This document shows positions 50,401-62,473 of a stretch of DNA of 64,000 bases, in pieces. Within the stretch, counting starts at the first letter, position 1; each line of letters begins with the position of its first letter. The notes beneath the pieces were generated by a model that saw only the letters and a list, made by a program, of their open reading frames with translations, was not told the origin of the DNA and did no database searches. Position numbers and translations under genes: made by a program. Source of the stretch: Auanema rhodensis (taxonomy: Eukaryota > Animalia > Nematoda); NCBI GenBank assembly GCA_964057225.1, contig OZ059897.1:12214001-12278000 (forward strand), in the 5' to 3' direction.

Positions 50401-53400
50401 AATGAATAAAACTAAAAGTTATAATTATTATATTATATTATTCACAAGCCACTTGAGTAAGCATTTAAAAAGCGTAGATTCTGTTTTCTAGTAAACTATG
50501 CAGGATCCGGAAAACGGTCCGATCCGCAAGGTTAAAATGCGGATCTGATATTTTATATAATAAAGATTTCAAAAATAATATATATTTTTTTAAAAAAAGA
50601 ATAAACATATAATTTATATAGCATATATATATATATATATATATAGAATAAGTATAATCATACAAAAAATAAAGAAAAAAAGGTAAAAATATGGCAAAAA
50701 AGGAACTATGAATATGTATTGTTTATATGATCTTTAGACCAATTACAATAAACAACAACATCAACAACAACAACAGAAGAAAAAACTAGATAATCTAAAA
50801 GACTTTTATTAGTTTTAATTGAAATAAAATCAAAAGAAAATTAGAAAAACTACTTGGTTTTTATAAATATATAAGTCTTCTTTTTTCTAATAGACAATGT
50901 ACAGATGAAGATAAGAAAATGAAAAATGTGAGATCGAAATTGAGACTGACAGCTAAATCAAGGCCTAGTCCGAAAGCGAATCAAAGAAAACGTAAGAGTC
51001 TCTTTTCTATCTTTCATTTATGGAAATAGGCCGATGACAGGCGCAAAAACGCTGATTAGTCTGTCGAGAAGTGTTGATGGCTGGCAAGACATACAACGAG
51101 AATGAAATGAAGATGTTGAAAAGTTTCAAGTTTTGTTAAGAGTTCAAATTAGAAAAGAGAAAGGCAAGTAGTATCATATGAAATATTCAATCTGTGATCA
51201 GCAAAATATGAAAAACAAAATCTTAATAATGATTTTACGCAAATTGCGTCATATACATATTAGTACGGTGAATAAAGCAATAGGAATTATATAACAGTTA
51301 TTGTTAAACATTTACAACAAAAAGATGTCTAAGAAATATATTATAGGATCAGCGAAAAATAGCACATATAGCAAAAAGTTGGAGGACTAGAAGAAATTGG
51401 GAAAGCCATGTCCGAGTCCGGCAAACATGATGATTTGCTCAAAGGTTCATAGCGAACTGGTTTAGTATAAGAGACCTTTCTTTGATTAAGAATATGAAAG
51501 GAAGAGAGGTGCAAAACTTTCAATGAAAAATTCCCTCAAGAGAAAAACATAAAAGGAATTGAAATGATTGAGCAATTCATGATACCAAGAAGCAAAAAAA
51601 CAACATTCTCAAACTTTGCATGCGAAGTAATTTGAGAAATTTAGAAAAATAAAAAAAAAACAGAAAACAAGAGGTTACAGATTCAAAGAAAACAAAAAAT
51701 CCTATTGCCGTCAGATGGGCTAAAGTCATTCATCCATATGTGGAACGAAGATGAAGACAGCTACGACCAGTAGCACGATTCACGGAATGGACAACGTGCG
51801 TGGTCGTTACAACAAACGAAGAGGTAAGTTGATGGGAAATTAGAAGAACTGACTCTTTCGCTTTTTCTTTTCTTCTCTCTTATTCATTAGATTCTTCTCT
51901 GTCTACCTCTCTCTTCCATTTGAAAGAGAAAAACTAGAGGGATGAAAAATGAGATTCAAGTGGATGACTGAAACAGTCAATTCAAGTGTCCTTTTTTGGC
52001 AAATGAACCTGTAGGCGGCTAGTATGAATTATCCAGTGCTTAGCATTATTATACGTTATATGGACATATGATGTAGAATGAAGTAGCGAAAATAATAATT
52101 AAGCATCTGAATATAGTAGCCAATCGTAGTAAAGAGTATTAGCAATATAGAAATAATCAGGAAACAGTGAAGATTACAAATATAAAGAGTGAATAACTAT
52201 ATATATATAGTAAAAGATAGAGAGGTAGAGAGAGCATAAGTGACCGGTGTCGTTTTCATGTTGCCAGTCGTGTTCGAATCTATGAAATTCTCTTGAAAAA
52301 ATATACATGTTGTCTTTGTCTCTTTTGTATTTATCTCTCTAAAATCTCTTCAATCTTTTTTACCTTTACTATTGTGTCTACTTCTCTAATTCTACATCTC
52401 AATAGAGGTACTGACCATATATGATCATAGCACTCTGTAATTGCTTCTCTTTTTCTCTAATACTCTCTTTTTTATCCATTCCCTTACAATTGCCCTATAC
52501 CTATGAAACCACACAACTCCGATCTGGCTGACTATATGACTGGCTGACTCTTTCGTCTCTCTCGCTAACCTCTTTCTCATGTGTACTATTTGATGCTACA
52601 GACAATGTCTGTATGTGTGGAAGGACTATGTGGTTGCTAAAAGTGGTCGTAGTCTCCCCTTCGACCTCCATCCGTTCATGTCCTTGGAACAAACAGGGTC
52701 CGTCATTTTGATGATCATTCCCATGCTGTCCAGCCATACCATCACCTCCTTCGAGGTTCTTTCAGTGTTTAACGGATCGATAATTAAACGATAAAGAGGG
52801 AAATAAGAAGAGAGAGATAAATCCATACAAGGAATTGATGCAAGAAACTAAGGAAGTCATTCATTGCCCCCCAGGCATTTGGGGTCAATCAACATTAGCT
52901 ATTTGGACTAATTAGATTTTATAAATAGGCAACAAATCTACATTATAAAGCAAGATATGTTTGTACTTCAAATAAACAGGAAAATGAAACAAAAGAAAAA
53001 AAAATAATAAGCTGACGAAGTGATTCTAAAAAAAAATTTAGAGATATTATAGAAGATCAATTGAAAGACAAAGAACCCACAACAACCGAAATTCATGTCA
53101 ATATACGAAAAGGATATTTTAAATATTGAAGATTGACGGAGATTTTAAGAAAAATGTGAACAAAAAAGAGCAAAAGATAAATGAAATGAAGACGTTCGCG
53201 AAAAAAACTTTCTCACGCCAAAATTCTTTATTCGCAAAAATGTTGCATTTCGTGCTTTTGACAACTAAACAAGAGAAGCAAGATGCATAGATTATATAAA
53301 AATAATAGAAAACATTGATGTAACAGGTGGATGGCAGATGATAATTATAGAATATAACTGTCATTACGTTAAGAATCTGCTGACAATTAAACTGAAAAAT

Positions 53401-55146
53401 TTTGAAAACTCTTTATACTATATGGAATGAAGATGATTCAACAGAAGAATAACTGGGTGGTCGTCCTTCTCGCACCTAATCTATCTTTGTATATGATCAC
53501 ATTGACGAGAGAAAGAAATCGAAAAAGAAGTAGATAAACTAAAAAAAAGTTATAAATCGGAAATATAAAGAATTAAATACATAAACTATATAATATAATA
53601 ATAATAAAAAAATAATATTAGGATTATATAATTAAACATAAAATTCTTACGAAAATAAAAACAAATATGTATAATGATAGAATCACATGAAACTATTAAG
53701 TAATACTAAATGTTGTTTAGATGTCATTTGAAGAAATACAATTTCAGTGTGAACTACATAAAGAAAAATAAAAATGTCTTGGCTTTAAAGAGACACAAAA
53801 TAGTTTTTCGTCTGTTTATCTTATCTCCTTTAAAACTAAGTTTTAACTTGTTTTTCTGTTACATTGTGTGAGAACTTTGTTTCAACTTCAATTTACATGC
53901 CATTACAATTTTTGAGACTGAAAGAACACATTGATTTAAAACTCTTTTATCTTCGTCTTTTCGAGATAAAATAGCTTCTCTGTTGATTTGTTAGTGCAAT
54001 CGTTCTTAGCCTTAGAGCCTCTCATCCTCTATCTACCGCTTCATATAACCTTTCTTCTCCCTTCTCTATTTTTCTCTTTCATAAGCTTTACTATGACATA
54101 GCCTCTATACCGTCCACTTCTAAGCAGACAAAGAATTTGGACATTGGCCGAAGGAGTCTCGTATAAATCAAACAAACAATATCTCTACATGAAGACATCA
54201 TATATTAAATAATTGGTAGAAACCGGAGATAGAAAGATGTGAAAAAAAGTTGAATCTAAGAAAAATTGAAACCAGAGAGAACCAAAATGTTTCAAAATCC
54301 ATAACAGTGTTGAAATACAAAAACTGAACTTCACAGGATTAAAGAGAATAAGAGGCAAATGCGAAACCGTTTAATACTCGTTGTCAGATTACAGAATGGT
54401 TTGACCTTTAAGAATTTCGTGTTTTCTATTCTCTCAGATGAAAATCTTGAACTAATCCGAACAAATTTCAAAAATAAATCGACCAATCACATACATCTTG
54501 TCCGGTGTTGGTCTATGTGATCAAAAAGAAACAGTTATAATACATGGATCTAGAACCGTTAAGCAGCAGTTCAAACTTTCGAATGTGGCTGATTGCAAAA
54601 AAGGTTGAGAGTGAGAATTCCAAACTAGATTTAAAGAACAATATCCTGATTCTTTAAAATGGGAAAGAGCTTCCCGCGAAGAAATATTGTGAAAAAGCAA
54701 TGTGTTGATACTAATGAACATCATTCGAAACACAATATTGTATTTCGTAAAAGATGAATAGAATATTGAAATGAATAACTTAGTGAATATTGTCCGGATT
54801 TATTGTAAACGGCAAACGATGAAGAAATAAGGGAAAAATAGAGAAGAGGTACATAGATATGTAGATCTAAGATTAGAGAAAGAGAAAGTTTAAGAGAGGG
54901 GAAGAAAGAGAGAGAGAGAGAGAGAGAAAATCTAAAGCAATCGTCCTTTCTATGTGTTCGGTGCAATGTTATTTATTCAGATAAAGCTGAAGGCTGTCAG
55001 AAAAACTACAAACAATGCCCAATAGGATATCTTAAGCGGTGAGAAAAAATAGCTGGAAACAAAAAAAAACACTGAACATGTAGACGTCTACTGACAACCA
55101 AAAGCGATTTGACATGTCATAATAGCCGCACGTGAAATGTGGACAT

Positions 55147-55163
55147 TTTCTCGGATGAAGAAA

Positions 55164-55195
<32 letters not shown>
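55147..55195. repeat. Purine-rich segment ending in a (GA)n microsatellite
   Basis: GA run at about 55167-55195; another imperfect GA tract lies at 54873-54928. Confidence 0.85.
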
Positions 55196-55198
<3 letters not shown>

Positions 55199-58100
55199 CT
55201 AATAAAGCTGAAGAGAATTATTTTCTTGTTTATAACATAAAGAAGAAGTTTTCAATACATCCTCAAGGAGTCAGATGGCTCATCATCTTGAGAAAGGCTA
55301 GTTACAAGTGATGAAGAGTATCTAAGGAGTTAATGCCAGTCGGGAATTGAGAGATTGGCCTTGCCTAGTTACAAAGCCATCGTTGGTCATTTAGATTAAG
55401 TACTTCTGTATGAGCATGAACTTTTCTTCAGGGTTATTGCCTTCATCTTTCTCTGTATTCTCTTTGTATTTCATACTATTTCTTTTTAACAGAAGAAGAA
55501 CATGAAGAAGAAGAGAGAAGTTCTGAATTGACGAATGAGGATTGTAAATCCAACCTAAGTGAGTTCGTGAAAAAGAATTAATAGAAAGACAAAGAATCTG
55601 AACACATATAGTTAGCCCTGCCCGTAACACGATTAGTTAATTTGTGTTCAGTTGTTGACAGTTGAATACAGATGGTGCATTGTTTGTTTCAATTAACTTT
55701 GAGTAATCATAGTCAAACATATAGAAAATTATGATTTTCATAATTGTTAAATCTATACGTTAAGATGATAGACATAATGTAAAAAAAAAGTTATAAGAAA
55801 CATTATATTGTTAGAAAAACTGACAGTAAACATCGTTATATTATTCCAAGAACAAAAACAGGAGAAGGAGATGAAAAGAGAAAGACAAATGTAGAAAAAA
55901 AAAGCTGCTAGGTATAATCAAGAAATCGCGAAAAATTTATAGCTAACAAGAATATGAGTCGATGTGTTCAATATCCAGACCTGTTTGCAATGCTGACTTA
56001 TGGAAGTTATCCATGCTTAACTATGCTTAACTATTCGCTCCTTTTTTTCCTCTTCACTGGCACAATAGAAGGAGGAAAAGCATAGTTCGATGAGACAGAT
56101 GTCTGTTGACCAAACTGCAATGACAGCAAGGAGGACATCGACTATGACTACACCAAAACTTAACAAGAGACAACAACAGACACACAGAAGCTAAAGTTTT
56201 TGTTTATAGAGCAATTTGGGTGAAAAATATATAAACTATTGGAGCATATGAAGCAAAAGTTCAGATTTTATCTGTCAAATACATATTGTAGCTATTCAAT
56301 AGGAAAATATGGAAAAAAAAATGAAAAAAATAACAATAAACAGTTAGTAGAAGAAATAAAATTGAATTGCTCTTAGAAATTATTATAATATTAGACATAG
56401 TTTACGAATATGAACAAGGTAATACTTCAATTTAGTTAGTAAGACAATTACCTTTAAAGAAGATGAAAGAGTATGTGCACGTTTCAGATGTAATTGAAAG
56501 CTATTCGATTGGTCAAGAACGCGGTAAAATATAAAAGAAGGAAATACAATGAATAGGTATGATGAAGATGATGATGGTTAAGACAAGAAAAGGAAAAAAG
56601 AGCGGTAAGAGACTGTGAGCTCTATAGTAATGAAGATAGTAAGAGAAAGTTGACCACAAAACAAAAAAAAGAGAGAAGATGAGGGAGGAGAGCGAGATGG
56701 GAGGATATTAAGAGATGAATAGGACATGTAAGAGAAAGAATAAGGACAGGAGTGGCTCTGTACCGACTCAGGTCCTTATGTCCCCTATTCTATGAGCGGA
56801 ATAGGACACGTAGAGCGCTAATGAAGCAAGAAGAGCACACACATACTATACTCGTAAAGCACAGACCCCGAAAACGAAGACAAGTTGGTCGACAGTATAT
56901 GTAAGTACCCATAACAGAGCCAAAAGTGAGTGGATGAGAGAGAGAGAAAGAGGGGTATGAAACAAATAGGAATAGAAATAGAAATGTTTGGGAAAATAAG
57001 GTGAATGAAAAGGATAATAAAAAAAGTGAAATACCGAAATACGGAAGAGTGAGGTAATATAATTCCGGAAATAAAGTTTGAATTGATAAATCAGGACATA
57101 CAAATCTAAGCCAAAGCTTCGTGATGATTTTGCGCGAGGAGAACGTAAGAGATAAGTAAGTTATTAAGAATGGATTAAATCGGTTTGATTAAACATAGGA
57201 TCAAATACTATTTTAACTATTTCCTATCAAAGTTAATCAAATCAAAAGTTAGAGGTAGATGTCAACTAAACTATAAAATTAGAAAAAACGAACAATAATT
57301 ATGAATTATATTTCAATCGATAAGATCGTAATAATAATAATAATAATAAGGATGAGTAGAAGAAGAAAAAGGATAAGACGAACCACGAAGAACAAAACGA
57401 AGGGTTATATTCAACATAATATGTGCATTATGTATTAAGAAATCTATTTGACAGAACATATTTGTTGTAAGCTCTATAGTGTGTTATGATTTTCATTAGT
57501 TTAATCATATTGAATTTAAAAAAATATATAAAAGGTTTAGGTTATATGAAATGTTTTTTCTACTTCAAAGAATGAAGGATAAGGAATAGGTGGCTTTTAA
57601 TGAAACAAAAGTTAGAAATGGCCAAACAGAGAGCGAAAGTTACATATCTGGAAATTGGAGAAAAGAGGAAAAAGGATTGAATGGACTGTTCGACATGCTA
57701 CAAGAGAAAACTGGACGTAACGAAAGCAAAAAAATGTACGGAACACCAAAAGAAGAAATTATGGCTTGAATATCCATATTAATCTTATAAGAAACATACA
57801 TACATATATAATAATATGAAATATTAGATGTTAGAATTACGGATATTCAAGTATATAATCAAAAAAAATAATAGAATTTCTATAAACCTTAAGAAATATA
57901 AACGATAGTTTATGATATTATAGCTTCATGGAATTGTTGAAAAGAGAATTATTTCATCAACACACAACTTTTCTTTATTTTTCAATACGATGTTGCATTT
58001 TCTTGTTTTATAACAAAAACAAGTGAATAAGAATGAATCATATCGGGTTTTTCTCGAGAAAATAAAGAAATTTTTTTTTCAAGCACTAGCAACTGACATA

Positions 58101-59808
58101 GCTATGTGGGCTCAGTGTAAATTAGTGATCTGATTCATTTGACTGTAGCATAGGATTATGGAGTCAACGTTTGTTTAAATCAAACAAAACAGTTTTATAG
58201 GAAAAAAAAATAAAAAAATAAGATAAAATGATAAGTGTTTACAAAGTGTTAAAGTTATTTTCTTCTAGAAAATACGAGAATAGTCAATGAAAAGTTGTGT
58301 TCATATCGGAAAAGGTCATCTACTATATCTCGTAACAAGTTTGGAACAACTGGTCAGTAAGAATCATAGTCAACTAGAACCAGATACACATACTCTCGGT
58401 CATAAACTATAATACTATTTGCTGTTGGTTTTACATAGAAAATGTATTGCCTACCATCTTCAATCAAAAGAAATGTAAAAGAAACTGATTGAATAGCTTA
58501 CCCCACTTCACCGAATTAGCCTTATTTTCATCACTTAAATCAAACTTTTGGTATAAGAAAAAAAAATTATTAGCTTAATCAAGACGTATAAATGAATAAT
58601 ATATGTGGTAAATTTGAAGTTATGTTTTTGTTTAGAACAATTCATTTAAAACTTGGATATATTACATAGTTAATAGTAATAACAACCGAATATACGAGAA
58701 TTTTAATTTTCAAAAACAGCTTAAAGCTTTACGTGTATTGAAGAATCATTGAAAAAGCTGAATTGGTCAATCATACAAAGGAAAAGTCAAAAAGACTGGC
58801 TGGATTATATGAATAATATGAGGAGCCTCTTAGACAAGTGGGCTAAGAAAGAAGCAGGACAAGAGAGAAGTTCTATCCCATGATCATACTTTTGAAGTAA
58901 ATTTCTGAAGAGGATTGATCTAATTGTTAGAAACGATTTGAATATTTCTTCAATATCTGTTTTTCAATTAAGAATTGAATTCTATCTTATTGATAAAGAA
59001 AATTAAAAATTGAAAATATTGTGTACCACTAAATTTGATAATTGCTTTAGCATTTCCCAAAAAAAAAGTTTACAGTAAATTTTGTGTAAAACACATTTTT
59101 TAATTCAAAATAATTGAAAAAAATAAATATTACTCAACGCATTATTTTTTTCTCATCCAAATTTGGCAAAGTTAAAGGGTGGTGCGTAACTTTTACTCAA
59201 CAATATACATTTATTTATTTATTTATCTGAGTATATACTATATGTATATAGTAAAATATATAAATATTAAATAATAAAAACATAATATATCAACAAATTA
59301 ATTATATAATTAAGAATATAAGTATATAATTAATATTTAAGAACAAACAAACATATAAACAAAATAATTTTATCTTTTCTATTAAAGACTTTTAGTATGT
59401 AGATATGTTCACAAATTTGAATGAACAGGAAGAAACCAAAATATCTGTCTAAATATCTGTTTCCGGCTATTTTTGTCTTCTTCCTAAATATGTCAACCGT
59501 TTCTCATAAGGGTATTCGAGCATTTCTTCACATCTATTGTTTTTGGTAATTTTCCGTCTTGGATGACCTCTACCTTGGCCTTCCTGAACGGCTTTCTTAT
59601 ATGGTTATGACAATAAAAAGAATATATATGGAATACAATATATATCTTTATAGTTTTATGAATTTAAGCTTCTTTACAACTTTTTTTTCAATATTGGTTA
59701 TCTAAAGATAATTAAAATTCAATTAATATTCATAAATATATTAATATTTCAGTTATATGCAAATTCATAGTATTATAAACGCAATTGGAAAACCTTGAAA
59801 ACTATACG

Positions 59809-59814
59809 TTTATT
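59809..59814 (-). terminator. Candidate polyadenylation signal (AATAAA) of the collagen gene
   Basis: First AATAAA on the minus strand, about 165 nt past the stop codon. Confidence 0.5.
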
Positions 59815-59978
59815 CAAATAATTGACTATATTTCATATAGATATTCTTATAATTACACTAATCTTATATATTATACGATTGTAATCACTTAGTGATTACT
59901 GATGAGCAGAACTGTTTGTGCAAGATTTTGTTCACTATGAATCGTGATACCCCCCCCCCTTTCTCTCTCTTTTTCTGG

Positions 59979-62200
59979 TTAATAGCCGGGTGCTAAGCGT
60001 GGCACTGGACAATGGTCACAAGCACCCCGATTTCCAGATAATCCGCTTGGTCCTGGGTTTCCGGGTTGTCCAGGCATTCCAGGTGCTCCTGGTTCTCCTG
60101 CATCTCCGATAGGTCCAGGGGCTCCTGGAAGTCCAAATCCATCACGACCTGGAGCTCCTGGTAAGCCTGATGGTCCTGGTGGTCCTGGAGGACCTGGTGG
60201 GCCTGGTGGTCCCTCGCCTTGAATTATCTCTCCAGGAACTCCCGGTTCTCCTGGTGGTCCATTGAGTCCTGGTGTTCCTGGTGGGCCATCAGGACCTGGA
60301 GGTCCTGGTGGTCCTGGGATTGAATCTGAGCCCATTTCTCCAGGAAGACCTGGTTGTCCAGAAGGACCCTAAAAACGAACTAGTATAATCCGTGAAGATG
60401 TATTGTCACACACCTTTGGTCCGGGTCGTCCTGGTGGACCAGCAGGCGCAGGCTCGCATGTAAAGCAGAAATCGTTAGCTGATGGTCGGTAACCAGGTTG
60501 AGCATCAGCTCCAGGCATTCCGTCTGGTCCCGGAAGACCATCTTCTCCGCTTCCTCCGTCTTCTCCAGGGAATCCAGGGGGACCTGGTGGTCCAAACGAA
60601 CATGAACAGACCTATAGAATCATTGTATTGAAAACAAATTTAGAGTAGAATGATAGAAACAAACTTGTGCGACTGTTGATACTCGTTCTTGTTGAGGAAT
60701 TTGTTGAACTGGAGCAGCTGAAAATACATAAATAAACAAAAATAAATAAATTTTTATCAATATACCAGGCTGACTATATGTAGAATGATAATTTGTTCTA
60801 GTATACGTCTATAAATTTAAATTTAAATAAAAAATATTAAAGAATAGAATGATCCTACATTCGGCTGATACGTTGCTGGAGGTTGAGCATACTGAAAGTG
60901 AATGAAGATAACTATATTGTATTTGGATGTTATTCTCTTACTGAATCATATTGTGCCTGTGGCCGAGCATATTGAGCTTGTTGAACATATTGTTGTCCAT
61001 AATTATTGTTATAACCGTATCCAGCATTACCGTAATTTGGTGGAGCTGTTACGTATTGTCTCTTGATACGGCTTTGCTTTCCAGTAATTTTTTCGACCTA
61101 AAAAACTAAAATATAAACATAAAATATTATTATAACAACACATTATAGTTAAAAAATTTTGTTTTCAGAAATCCCTTTGGAATAATCAACGTTTTACATG
61201 TATATGTATATAACATGGCTAGTTATAGACTTCGAGATATATTGAATAATAGGGAGATGAAAACGGAACGAACGATGTAGCATCGACATCCTACTCTCAT
61301 CAACCTGTATTATACAATTCAACTATTCTTTAAGCAAATAATAAGATCTTGTTCTAAATCCTAGCTAGCAAATCGAGCTGTTCATTCAAAAATATGTATT
61401 AAATACAACAAAATCAATAATTTTTGTAATTAATATTTAGAAAATCAAAGGTGTTAAAGGTGTTTTCAAGTTTTGAAACCTAGGCTAAGACATATTTCAT
61501 CTTACATCATTGGCAATAAAATTTCAAAAAAATATTTCAATTTTAACTGAAATTTATCAATTTTTCATTACCTGCCGAAAGTAAAACTTTTTTTAACTTC
61601 GCCCTATCACAAGAAAAGGCATGATGTTTCTTACCCAGCTGATATTACATGTTGAAAAACAATCACGAATGTTATCAAGACGACAAAATGAAAAGAAAAA
61701 AAATTATGAGCGTTCCACTTGTCGGTATTGAAAATTGGCCGACGATCAGCTGTGGTTTTGAACTGGTTAGAGCTAATGATTTCAATTTTAGAATGAATAT
61801 CTTTTCATAAAAAGATAAGATATCAAATCAAATTTTTTGTGCAGCATAATATGATACGAAAGTTTTGTTCCAATATGAAACTATTTTGGGCAGAAATTAG
61901 AACAAAGATACAAGAAAAATGAAATATAAAACCTTAGTAAGCTCATCCCAGAGATCATGAGCTCTTACTGTACAGAAATGAAGCTCATTTTCTAGGGAAG
62001 ATTGAACTGATTGTATTTGTGTAAATAGCAAAGGAACTATCACAATAGATGTAATCTAAAATATCAAAAGCTTAAATATTCATAATATTTATAATTAAAC
62101 TCACTAAAGCAGTTACAGTGATAACTGTACCGACAATTGCTAATTTTTTATAAGCACGAACTTCATTTTCTGCTTGTATTAAATCTTCTTTGTCACCCAT
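59979..62200 (-). CDS. Nematode cuticle collagen, about 363 aa, 8 exons
   Basis: Exons 62105-62200, 61933-62055, 60942-61097, 60859-60891, 60766-60808, 60665-60717, 60414-60611, 59979-60368. Col_cuticle_N region with hydrophobic anchor ([28 protein letters not shown]...[16 protein letters not shown]), furin-type site RIKR, Cys motifs CSC / CFTC / CDHC, interrupted Gly-X-Y blocks, C-terminus [13 protein letters not shown] (PRTAPGY-type subfamily). Confidence 0.96.
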
Positions 62201-62398
62201 GAAAACCTATAATATACAAATAATATTATTTTTATAAATAAATATTAATAGAATACTGTCAATATTATAACAAGAAAGAAAGAATAAAATACTTAATATA
62301 TAAGATTTATCTTTACAAAGTTAAAATCTCCTACAGCCTAACGTTTAACTAAAATATGTCTTTAGTTATTTACCAACTCTTCTATTCTTATAACTATT

Positions 62399-62473
62399 CT
62401 TTATATAGCCAGTTTCTTTTTAGCTGAGGTACTGTCGGATGACACGAGAGGGACGTAGTAGAAACTCCGCCCC
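62399..62473 (-). promoter_or_regulatory. Collagen core promoter: TATA box and Sp1-like GC box
   Basis: Minus-strand TATATAAAG at 62407-62399, about 200 nt upstream of the ATG; GC box CTCCGCCCC at 62465-62473; acceptor TTATAG 6 nt before the ATG. Confidence 0.6.

Noticed and set aside
59508-59525. Partial resemblance to the miR-234/miR-137 complement
   Set aside because: 2-nt deletion, seed mismatch and no hairpin.
59899-59930. CTGATGA followed by a short GCA/TGC stem (hammerhead?)
   Set aside because: The invariant GAAA is replaced by AAGA and stems I/III cannot be assigned.
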